This document shows, one piece after another, positions 11,845 to 23,997 of a stretch of 64,000 nucleotides of DNA. The DNA comes from Oikopleura dioica (taxonomy: Eukaryota > Animalia > Chordata), in assembly GCA_907165135.1 (NCBI GenBank), contig OU015569.1, positions 8,432,001-8,496,000 on the forward strand, written 5' to 3'. The notes below the pieces were generated by a model that was not told the origin of the DNA, made no database searches, and saw only the letters and a program-made list of their open reading frames with translations. Positions within the stretch are counted from its first letter, which is position 1, and each line of letters begins with the position of its first letter. Position numbers and translations under genes: made by a program.

Positions 11845-14800
11845 CTGAAACGGTGTTTGAATGATTTTGTGAAGTTCATATTTTGACTAACAAATAAAAA
11901 GTTAGGAACTCCTGCATGCTCGTTCCCGAAAAATCCATTGAAGACGAGTGGGGTCAATTAATAAAAAACTCAAGCGATTCCGGTTTAGTCGCAAATTGCC
12001 TACTTTGCAACGTTTATATGTAAAGAGAACATCTAAACAAAGACCGAGCAAGTTACGCAACGTGTGGCGTGTGATCGGAACAGGAGAAAATCCGAAGCCG
12101 TATCGCGGTCTGGCCAAATTCCGTTCAGACCAGTTTCTTTGCATTTTTGGAACTTTTTAATGCCTTCCGGGGCGATAGGCTTCTATGAAAGGTACTAGAA
12201 TGGAGCTATGTTTTAATCTCGGATTTGGTTGATATAAAAATGTCAAGACAAGGCTGTCTTCGGGCTGGAATGTTGTTCGAAACATTTGATATTTTAATAT
12301 TGGCCAGATGAAAACAAAAAATAAAAAGACTCTTCAAAATATAACAGCGTTTTTTGCGGCCATTTAGATGAAGCTAGCATTTTACTTCCTCGAAGAAGCA
12401 TTATATAATTTTTGGCGAAAAGGCTCAACAAATATGCAAACGCAATATTTTCCAAGTGTAGTATGAGCTTCTTTTTATTGGTAATTACCGCAAATTTGTT
12501 TGGTTTTCCTTCAGCCACGCCACACCCCGATCTTCAACATTTTTGAGTAAGTTTGTTGACCAGGAGTGCCAAGTAACGTGTCAAGTACAAGGAAAGTACT
12601 TGGGCTATGCAAAACAAGTGCTAGCATATGAATACTTAATATTCGATAAAATGGAAAACCAATTTTATGTCAGAAACATGTCACTTCGAGATTAAGGACG
12701 CGGAGTTACTCGTACTCCAGGGGGGTAGGATCATCGTCCTTCGCGAATATCTTGGAAATTCGTTATTCTAGTTATAGAATATTTATTCATTTTTAGAAGG
12801 CTGTATATGAGTCATGAACTTTAGAAGCAAAAAAATTGATACCGATGAAAATTTTGATAGATAATTGTCAATAACATATAAATGAATATTGATTAAAGTA
12901 ACGTACCATGGATGACCACGGGTAGAATTGCTAGAAGGTTTAGTCTGGCCATGATTATTCTCTCTTCATATAATTAAGTTTCTATTGCTCTCTTTCTCTT
13001 TATCTTTGCTGTGATTCTGGGAGACCAGGAGCACTCAAAGACAAACTTTCTGCGAAAAAATTAAGTATCTGGAGATGATCCAAGCACAGGAACCTTCGAC
13101 GATCGCGGAATACAATGCTTTGCGCCGGACGGGGGCGCTCGCGTAAAGCGCTCATCCCGCTGCGCGATCAAGGGAACGGTTACAGAGGCACTATTAGAAA
13201 CGAATTAAGGTCCACCTGTTCTGATAACTCGTGTGCAACTAATCACTATCAATAGGCGAAGACAAGTGAATTAGTTGTGAATACTTGTTCTATTTCTTTC
13301 ATTTGCGGAAGAAACACAGACTTTTGATTCCAAGGAAGAGCCAATAAATATTTTATGCCCAAAATTATTTTCTTTGTGCTGGGTGACGAATAAACTAATT
13401 TCCTAAGTCTATTAACTCGTATTTAGGAATCAAATATTGCAGCTCCGCTTGGAGAGGGTCAATCTTTACGCGCCTTCTGTTTCCCCATCACGAAAGTCTG
13501 CGCCATTTAGAAGGAGCAGGGAAGTATTCACTGGCTTAACGGAGCTTCCTTTTGTTTTACAACGATGTGGAACGGGGGAAATCCGATTAGAAATCTGACT
13601 GCAATGAGAGTTACAATTTGCCGCAATCGGATGGAGTGGTACTGAGCATGAAATGGAGATTCCAGATTCGACTAGCTCGGCATTTGCTCGAGCCATTGTT
13701 GAGGTTTCTGAGAGGGCCAACGTTTAACCAGTGAACATTAGGCCACATCAATCGATCTAAACTTGCTCCCCAAAACTCGCAACAAAGACGGATCAACGGC
13801 TCGCTTCCGCTTCAGCCAGAATACCAGGCTTCTGCATACGCATAAATGCCACTCTTTAAACTCTTTTCGGCGGGAAATCCCGATTTAATTCTACGCTTGA
13901 ATCGATGAAAAACCTTTTTACTGCTCATGTCAAGATCTTATTTAGAGAAGAAGTTTAAGAGAACACCATCTGCGCACTTGGGTGCATTTTGCATTCTTAC
14001 GCGGTTTCGCTTTGGGGAAACGTGCGGTATCGCAGATTTCGGCTGGAGAATCGTCAATCTGTAATTCAACAACTATCCTTGGCGTATTTACTCCTCATGA
14101 GCAAACCTTATTATATAATCTCTGCGGGCCGATAAACAATTACTATGTCCTCAATAGAAATGCTTCTTTTTGGATTTCCGACAAGGAGTAAACAAAGATT
14201 CAATTTAGAAATAATATTTAGAAGAAACTAACTCTTCGATTCACGGCAACGTTGAACCACCGACATTTGAATTTACTCGGTCTTTTATCAAATATTTGCA
14301 GCTCAAATATTTCAACCTCTCAATAAATGTAACGCTACAGAACGCTAACCATTTATTTCAACACAAATGGGCCATGTAATAAATTTAAGCTCTAACTCTT
14401 GTTATTTCGCTGCCCCATTGATGCAGCGCAAGGAATGCCGTCCGACAAATGCTAGTTGAGCATTCGTTGTAAAATGTGCTGAATTAAAATATTCTATGCC
14501 GCGAAAATCTCCCGCTTAACATTTTTAACGCTTGTTTGACGTGTTATCTGTGGATCATGTGATACAAAAAAAGACCACTCTCTAAAAACATCTCTGATCG
14601 AATGTTTGTGTTGGTTATTCGTTTTGTGTGCTGTTTAGAACCTTGCTTTTGTAACCTGGCGCCTAAATATGCACGTCGAGAGAATATCGGACGCGTGCTC
14701 TAATAGTTTGCTGATATTTATGAAGAACACGGAGTCCAGTTTACACGCACTCCAAATTACAAGCTTTATAAACTCTTCGTTTTAATTATTGAGATGTTAT

Positions 14801-16715
14801 CATCTTGACAGGTCGGTCAAGCTTTTTGTGCTCGACAGAGAATAGCTCTATAATCTTATTGATGAATTCCCTGATCTGATACAGTTGATTGATTGTTATC
14901 ACCAACGTGCAATTTCTGACTTCCACTTTCCCATTTGTCAAGGTCTTCCTGCCCCCAACGAAGTTATCTTCAAAAATCATAAAAATTGATCATTCATCAA
15001 ACTGTGCACCTGAGGGCCCTCCGAAAAAAACCTCATTGACGGAGCCTATTACACAACTTCTGCAAAATTTCTAAATTGATAAATTGTTACTCTAGCTTCA
15101 AGGCCACCAATCGACCATTTGCCTCCTGTTTCTTCGAAATCGCAACAATAACATCTGCGTTTTCTTCTCGATTTCACGCGTTAATCAATCCACGTTTTTT
15201 TGCTCAAGCATGATAATTTTTCTCGAAATGAACGTATTCTGTCTCATAACAAATAGAAATGCAGTGACTCAATCAATCTTGGGCAAATTTCAAGGGAAAT
15301 TTAGTGAACAAAAAACGAGATTCCGAAAACGTGCAAATGGTGAAGAGTATTTCAATAATTTTAGGCTGTCGGAGCAAGTCGTTCTTAGTTTGCAACCATA
15401 AAATTAGTCTAACGACGAGAAATTTGCTACATGAGCTACTATTCGTCTTTTGGTTGTGATTTTAGCCAGGGATTTCCTGACTTATGTACTCTTGGAATTG
15501 TTGACGGAAACTTTTTAAGGGGCATACATTTGATAAGCAACGAGTGCGCTTTAGTGACACGTTTAGGGACGTGTCGGCAACACATTTTTCTTTCAAAAGA
15601 AAAAGAAAACACGTCTTTGCAAATGCGTTGAAAATCCACCGTTGAATTCAGTAGACGTGTGTCGGCGTAAGCAAAACTGTAACCTGTCAATGAAGCTGCA
15701 TACTCGGCGTCTAATCGACATTTCATCAAACGCAGAGAGTGGTCTTTCACTTTTTATATTCATTTTTTATAATTCATTTAATTATACGTCGACTGTTGTT
15801 CAATTAAAAGCCTCGTGGTTTCCGGCTGTGCCAATTACAGAATACTTACAGAATGTTTATCATAACACTTTCCGCCGAAAAATTCCAGCACCGAGGCAAA
15901 TTTTGAGCGAGAAGAAATATCAATCTTTTCACGCGACAGATTTTGCAGACTGCATTTATGAAAATTCGATTTGCCCGAGCGACAAAATGCGAATACTTGC
16001 GGTTTTCCTCGGTACTCGCCGCCGCAGACTCAGAGTTTGATGATTTCTTCGGCGAGAATTGGAGGCCAAATCTAGCGGAACCTGTGCTTGAAGATGGCGC
16101 AATGAAACTCAGAAAAGTGCCACTTGGTGTACTATCGGTTGAGAGCCACGGTTCTAAACCAAAACAGTTAGAGAGCACGATGCTGACTTCCTACACGTTC
16201 GCCTGGCCTTGTTGATAAACCGGCAGTAGTTAGACAATCAATGGAATTCATCGTCTTCGCAATGTTTAGCCGAGTGCGTGTTTAAATCCAAACGGCTATC
16301 GTTGAAGCAAAAACATCTCGTTTGTGATGTGACTTCTCGTGTAACTAATTATTCTTGTTGGGAAATGAAGCGCAGCCGGTGTGACATTTATAGATTTGAA
16401 TTTCCTGCAGGCGACAAAAACACTTCCAAATTTCGAAAACAAAGGAAAATGAAATCGAAATGGAAAAACAGGTAACGTTGAACAAGTCGCTCACATTCGA
16501 TCATTGGCTAGAACTAGCCGAAGCAAGAGAAACTTCTGCACTCGCCTGGCAAAGTGTGGCCGAAAGCAGCAAACCGGAATCTGTCTTGCCTTCTTCACAA
16601 TAATAATTATTTTTGCGAAAGGAAACGGCGCCAGCACGCTTAGCTTTTTTAACTTAGAATTACGAAACGGCTGAGCGCCTTTCAGTCGTCGAGGGATACT
16701 TGAAAATTAAAATAC

Positions 16716-19700
16716 ATGATACGGAGCTTGTCAATGCTGCAAAGGGAAAGTTCATTCATTCTAGCGACGAATGCTCGAAGGATATTTTTATTTGTTGTAA
16801 TTCTCTGCGTTAGCACTTAATCCCTCGACGAGTACGTATTTATGTTTTGGTATAGTCACTCGCACTTCACACATGTGCCTAATAGCTTATATATTACATA
16901 CGACTAAAGCACCTGCGCTGGCAACAGATTGAACTACTTTGAGAAAGAGCTATTAGACGCGCAGAAAGAACGAGATAATGAGACATTCGACAAAGTGCAA
17001 GGTTTCGGTTTGCAATCGTATTTCCTTCTGAATATAGAATCTTTTATATCTACTCTTTACGACTAAGACTTTCGACTTGAAGTTTAAAATATGGCGTTTT
17101 CGAAACCTTGAAAAGCATTGAGGCAAAAAGGGGAAATATTTTCAAAACAACTCGATGATTTCACTTTTACGTTCGTGTTATAAAGATCTTAATTTAAAAT
17201 TAAGTCATCAAAGAATTCGCGCTTTAAAACACAGTAAATAAGAGACATTAAGAAGATATACGAAATCGAATATGAAATAAAACGACACGAAAATCCTCAT
17301 CTTCAAAATCCGGATGCAATCCTTGGCCCAGCGCATTCCTCTATTGATGTGTCAGACGAAGAAATTTCGCTATGGCCAGGGTGCATATCTTCTATTCTAG
17401 GACAGTTTCGATTATATTCAGCAGAATCTTTGTGTTTTCACAACTAAATTAATTATAAATAATAGAGACCTTACCAAAGCAATTATCAAAAACAAAGAAT
17501 TTATGTTCCCCTGTTTAGACATGACGAAAAAGGATGATCTAAGATTTATCCTCGAGTTTTTGCACAAGGAGCATAATCTCTGCCCTAGTCCCGATACAAT
17601 AAAAAGCGAAAACATTAATCGCGAAGATGATGATTTTGAAGATGAGGGCCTCCTAGTTCCTCTGAAATCACTGACTGGCATTGTCAACAAAGTCGAAAAA
17701 TCTTTGAGCAAAGAAAATGTCCTTCCCAAAATTATCAAGCAGAAAGTCGACCACTGGGACAAAATAGCCGCAACTTATAAAGCGAAATGGACTGGTGAAA
17801 CCCCTGAGACATTGAAAGTGATAGCACATATTGGCGCTGCCGAAAACCTTCCATCGAGCATGCGTTATTTGATTAAAGATGAGCATAGATTTGATTTGCT
17901 AAGCATTTGGTCAGGAAATGGTTCTAAGAGCTACTTTTTATCTTATACAAGTTTATCATTTTTAAATATTTAAAATTAAAGAATCCTGAAAAATAAATGC
18001 TGCTAGAATCAAGATGAAAGATGTATTGGGGGCAATGAACATTGTCGGCTACGATTTGACGCTTTCTTTATCAATGAATGACCTAGAAGACGCGCTTGCG
18101 ATGTTCGTGGAAAACATTGACAAGTGCAACGAGATGAAAGACTTGCCAGACATTATCATAACAGATTACACGGGCCTTGATGAACTAGCCGAGCTCGAGG
18201 GATCCGTTAGAGGCCCAAGTGCCAAAGGACGATTTTTCGAAAAGATCAAGTGCCGCATTCGTGTCATCGACCCATTTGGCACGGATCCATTCTTCAACGA
18301 GCCTTCTCTCTCAAAATCTCAAGACAGCGTCGAAAACCATGGATTCGGACTTCCCAGCTTGAAACAGTTTTTAACTGCCTATCCGAACAAAGAAAACTAT
18401 TGGGGAGGATTCGCCGTCTCAGGCAGAGTTCTCATACAACGCAGGTCTGCTCATTTGACAATTTTGAACTCGTCGCAAAGCTGAAAGTATTAATCAAACT
18501 AATGAGAGGGAGAAGTCAGCATATCTATATGGAGCAAGCTCAGGAATTATTCAAAGTCATCCGGCTCTAATCGACATGCTGGCTGCGGATTTCCGCGTAT
18601 TCATAACTGTCGATTCAGATGAAATAGAAGCATCTAAATTAAGTCAAAATGTAACAAATCTCGGAATCTTGCTCAATTCAGAAAAGAGTCAGGAATATAT
18701 TTAGACCAGCTTTTTTTTAGATAAGACGGAATGTTCAAATAGTTTGTTGCCATAACTTGACTCTCAAAAAAGAATTGCAGCAGTTTTATCAGTCCATTGA
18801 TGTAGTCGTCAATGTCGGCCAGAAAGTAGAGACGCTAGCGCCGATTCAGATGATCTCAAACGGCGCATTTTATATCGGGCCCAGATTCGATCATCCGGTT
18901 GGGAGAGCCCCAGGAGGCTCAAATTTAGTGAGCAACCCTTTTGGAACCTTACCGTCATTTAGTTTTGGCTCAAATGCAAAATAGTATTTATAAATTTTTG
19001 ATATTCATATCTTTTGAACCCCTGAATAGAACACTTGACTGCCACATCCCATTTATTGACGATAGTATCCGAACAAACCGCCAGCGATTACAAGACTTTT
19101 CAACAATGAAGGAGGGTACAAAGTAAATTATAAATTATAATTTCTGAATTAGCATATTTGGAAAGTACGGGCAGGCTTTATGCGATTTTGTACCCCAAAC
19201 CCAAGGATCTGACAAGAATTTTGAAACGTGAGGCGTCGAAGACGAAACCACAACCTTTCATACCTGTTGGTTTCAGCGGAAAAGAATTTATTAATCGATT
19301 GAGGCACAATATTGAAGAGATGGATTTCTGTCCGAAGAGGATCGTCCACAGCTGGGTTGACTACGCAGATATGATCGTAATTCAAGCTCCACCGGGGACA
19401 GATTGCTCACAAGCTTGCAGCACTAAAGGTCTTACGTGTAACGCAGAGATGTTTTCCTATATCAATCAGAAGCGGTTTCTAACAACCTTTTGGCCTAAAT
19501 GCAAAAATATCATCAAAATCACATCACGTAGCTACTGGAGCTTAGGATATCCGGCGATAAATGGACAGAATTGCATTCTCCAGGTACTAAGGGCTCTAAG
19601 GTGTCGACCGGTTTATCATATGACTTGAGGATAACAACAAACTGCTGGGTTGTTCGGTTCCGGGAGAGGGCGAAAATAGAAGAGTTTGTCCCTGCCAGAA

Positions 19701-19734
19701 AAAAGATCTTTACGAAAAAATGAACACTGAATGA
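16716..19734 (+). CDS. MGAT5: Alpha-1,6-mannosylglycoprotein 6-beta-N-acetylglucosaminyltransferase (GT18)
   Basis: IIITDYTGL...KCRIRVIDPFGTDPFFN...QFLTAYPNKENYWGGFAV, and the C-terminal CSQAC...GLTC...NCILQ...RVCPC domain. Start exon is uncertain. Confidence 0.85.
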
Positions 19735-19830
19735 TAAAGTTTATGAATAAAAGCATGTTATAAATATGTCCATTTACAGCAGCAAATATGAACAAAAATA
19801 CAGAATAAACATGAAGGAAGATTGCATAGA

Positions 19831-22800
19831 TTACTCCAAGGGCCGTAAATTGTAATTTATTCCGACTTCATCCTCCGAATCCGGCTCATGGAACGTTTTT
19901 TTCAAGATAGATTGAGGTCTGGGTTCGTCCCGCTGGCTCACAAGTCGACTGACGTCGTTTATAGATGGGAATTGAGACTAAAAACGATATTTTAACTGAT
20001 TGCCAACGACAAGGCAACTCTACCGGATGGACTGGAATAGTCCGCTCATCATCGAAATTGTCGTTATCATCATCGTCTTTGTTGCTTTTAAGCACTTCCG
20101 ATGGGCATTTGTGAAGCGATTCAAGTTGAATTGGGTAATTGCGTGCCAGAACCATTTCTCGCGATCTGAGTTCCTTCTCCTCTTCCATAAAGGACGCTTG
20201 TTTTTGTTCCCAGTCATATCGAGCTCTATTGTATGCTTTCAAAAATTTTCGCTCAAGTCTTGTTCGTCGTATCAAGAATCTCGCGGCCATTACTTAATTT
20301 TAGCTTATTTCTGAAGTCGAGTGTGATTCTTACTTTGAAGCAACATTATTGCCCACAAAGATATCCAGATAGCGGCAATAGCAGCTGATTTTCTCTCAAT
20401 GAAGTTTCCGACTTGCTCATAACAACCTAAATATTTATATTATAAATACTTTGATGAATTCTTCACGTTACCTGTGAGATAAGGCTTTTCAATAATATTG
20501 ACGCCACAATAGCCTCCACCGAAACCTCCACTAGCACAACATGATTCTGGAATTCTGCATTTATCAGGTTGAAAGCGAGTTCTCAAGTCTTCTTCTTCCA
20601 ACTTGTCGACCTCATCTTTCTCGGGCTTTGGTTTGACCATTATAGGTTGAGTTTTAGGTGGCATAAAAAGCGTTTGGCGTGTTGTTGCCACTGCTTGTTT
20701 CGTAAAGGGAAGCTCTATAGGTTTTGTAGAGGACGTCAAAGATGTCGTTGTAACAGGGGCAGAGCTCGGAAATGTGACTGGAGTGAGCGGTGTTGGTGAC
20801 TGTTTTTTAGGAATCGGTCCGAAGGCATCAAAGGGATTTGATGGAAGTTGTCGCTGAGGTTCAAAATCCGGTAATGATGGCAAATAATCTCTATCAGATT
20901 CTGAATTTTTGGGGACGCATACAATTGCGCTCTTCGTCCAATCTTTGAATCCGTCGCTTCCGCAGCATTGCAGTCTGCTCTGAGTGAAGTCAATCATTCT
21001 TGATAGTGCCCAGCGTGTCGGCCCCTTTCCATCTCCATGATTGTAGTGGAAAACTGCAGCAAGTGATGCGTATTTGAAAATTTTCATCACTTTGCCAGCC
21101 AAGATCCAGAAAGCAATTCCAGCACCAAAGAAAGAGAGAAAGAGAAGGACGAGTATCCAAGCGAAAAAATTGAGCATAATCAAATGGCATCGTAAGAATC
21201 CAAGCGCGCCGTTGATTGAAACAAGAACAACAAGAAGTCCCAAACACAAGCAAAAAAATGCTGGATCGGCGCAAATTAAGATCGGGTCGGTCAATCCGTC
21301 CAATCTTACCTAAATTAAAGCTAGATGAGGATGAAGTGAATAAGACATACTTTGATAACCCCGAAAATTCCGAATCCAATGGCAATGCAGCCAACAACGA
21401 AGAACGATAAATTGATGAAAAAGAAAAAGTATCTGAAAAAATATATTAGTCCAATCTCGAGAGGGCCAGCTTCAGTAACCTGTACAAAATAGAGATGAAT
21501 GATCTTTTTGGAGGTTTTTGAGTAGGGGGTATAAGAGGTAGTTTTCCTGTATATTTGTTTGGATCAATAAATTCTTCACCGCCTAGAGGTGGAGAAGGAG
21601 CTCTTGATTGTCTATTTGATGGAACTCGGCTACTTTGGCTTGATTGATGTATTCTCTCGATAGTTTGCCGCTTATCCTCGATCGGGAGTCCAAGGTCATC
21701 CCTCTCTTCGGGCTCCTGTTCCAATGGGTCATCGATAACAATTTCATTCGGGACATTAACGTGTATTGATTTGTCTGGGTCTTCCCAAGCAGAAATGTTT
21801 TCAACCGGAATGAGGGGCTTTCCGAACGTTCTCGGAGAAACTGTCGGCAGAGCATCGACGTCTTCTGCCTCTTCTACAGATTTTTCCGCTGGTTCTCCAG
21901 AGTCCTCTCCCTTTATAACATCTGGGGCATCCATTTTGGAGGATTTTTCGATTGAAGTGCCCTCGTCTTCATAATCATCAAGATCGTACTGATTCATTTC
22001 CCGCGGATTTTCATCTCTCTTGAGTGTTTCAACTTTGACCTCTGTGTTTCCCATGTGATCAGTTCGGTGAATTTCAATGTCCGCAATAGGTCCCGTTGCA
22101 AGAGGAAATATCTCCAAGTCATTCGGGTCGCCTTCTACTCCGATTTTTCCAAGTTGTTCCGATAAGTTAATATCGGGGTCGATCACGCCTATTTGTGCGC
22201 TATCATTGATCGTTTCTAGAGTATTTGATCCAAGAACACCAAGAGAGTTCAGAGTACTAATCATAGCATCATTGGCGACTTCTGTAGGTTGACCATTGTC
22301 TGTAGATATAAAGACGGACGCAAAGTTTTGCTTTTCAGTCGGTGGCTTTGTCTTTTTACCGAAATTGGGAATGGCTCCTGGAGCTGTTATTTCGATAAGA
22401 GTCTCATCCTTCGACTGTTTTATCACTTTTTCTTCCGTGATATTAGCCGGCTTGACTTTTTCTTTTCGATCTTTTTTACGCTCTTTGAGAATACTGAGCT
22501 CTGGATTCTCAAGAATAATTTCCGAAGGTTTCCCTTGACCTTTCGCCTTTTCAAGTCGTTCTAACTTTGCTTGGTCATCGACGGCTTCTTCAATTTTTGC
22601 TGGCTCTTCTTTTGGGGTAGATTTGATTTGAACAATGTCAACTTGTTTCATCTCTTCTTTGATGAGTTCTTTTTTACCGCCTGGTCCAGTAATCTTGCAC
22701 CTTTCCAAACCTATCGATTCTGGAAGTATAATTGGCCCGAGCTTACTTTTTTTACTTCGATCCTTTTCGTCAGCTTTTTCTTCGATCTCATCTGAAGTTT

Positions 22801-23716
22801 CTTCTCCTTTCGGGATATATTCATTGACGATGTCATTAGGGTCAATCAATGAAAGGATGTTTTTCTTTTCCACTGTTTCCACATCAAGCTTATTCTGAGC
22901 TTTTAGCCCCTTTTTTCCAAGAAGAACGCCAGGATAACTAAAATCCGCAATCTTCTCATTCTTAGATATTCTTTCTGGCTCAGGAGCTGTTACAAGTTTT
23001 TGCTTGACAGTTGACTCAGTGATCTCAGATTCTTCTTCAATGTCATTTTTTGTGAGCGCGTTGTACGCAGCAACCATTGGGTCTTCGAATACTTCTTCCA
23101 CAGGTTCTTGTTGCCCAGGAAGATATGTGTCCTTGTAAGCATCAGGTGGATCATCTGCGACTTTTCCCTTTTCCAGAATCATTCTTTCTATGTCGTCCTG
23201 ACCAAGTGGCTGCTGGTCATTGATTCCATTTATCAACTCTCGAAAGCTTTTCCCTTTTTGATCTCGTGGATCGATCAGATTCCCCCGTCCCAATGATATC
23301 TGTACGTCATTATTGCCTCGATTTCGTTTTGAGTTCTTCTTTCTTATGTCGACAAGGGGAAGCTTGTTCTCGTAAACTAGAGATAGGTTAGAAAGGCAAG
23401 TCTGTTAGAAAGGCATTGTCTTAGAAATGAGTTATATTATATAAGTCATTAAATCTGGGCACGTACTTATATGTCGTCCATTTTCGGTTTGAATCTCGTC
23501 CACAGGGACGAACTCATCTGCTAATTTATTTTTGCCTTGATGATCGTCTTCGAATTCATAGCTTGCATCGATTTCGTCTGGTTCTTCAAATGATAGTTTC
23601 AATTCTTCTTCTAATTCCTCTTTTTCTTCATTTTTAGAGCTCTTGGAAGGACTTCTACGTGGAAATTTATTGTTTAGAAGATTTGTCAAGTTTTTGTCGA
23701 ATTCGACTTCTCTCAT
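19831..23716 (-). CDS. Tetraspanin with very long N-terminal acidic extension, expanded EC2 and long C-tail
   Basis: TM1 exon KYFFFFINLSFFVVGCIAIGFGIFG; TM2/3 plus the QSRLQCCGSDGFKDW (CCG) motif in ORF 20440-21303; GCYEQV-TM4 exon; ORF 19886-20290 as tail. ORFs 21446-23293 and 23432-23716 join in frame upstream. Confidence 0.8.
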
Positions 23717-23997
23717 TTTCTGTTAAATTTTCATTATTATGATTTGAATCGTGGAAAGTAGTAAGTTATCATCCATTCGGACCGATTGGACCGTGTGCTA
23801 GAATCATACGAGCCTGCAGGCGCATCGCCGCGCAGTAAGCTCAAGAAAGTACTCGGCCGGAGCTCATTCGCTCCTTTCAATGCCGGACAATGGAATGCCT
23901 TGCGAGATTTGTTTGCAATACACGTTTGCCAGTCTTGTGAACTCAATAAAACTATGTATTGGCGAATTGATTAGTTTTTCAGCATAAATGAGTCTTA

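Noticed and set aside
13440-13600. LINE endonuclease remnant (RVNLYAP)
   Set aside because: A single short motif followed by stops, with no other endonuclease or RT motifs nearby.
21583-22898. Numerous overlapping ORFs within the acidic tetraspanin exon
   Set aside because: These are antisense or alternate-frame shadows of a biased coding sequence; the same applies to most short ORFs overlapping MYO7A, USP10 and DHX34.
23385-23430. Short direct repeats GTTAGAAAGGCA as a CRISPR-like or regulatory array
   Set aside because: Only 2-3 degenerate copies inside an intron, with no spacers; no CRISPR, rRNA or tRNA was recognised anywhere in the window.
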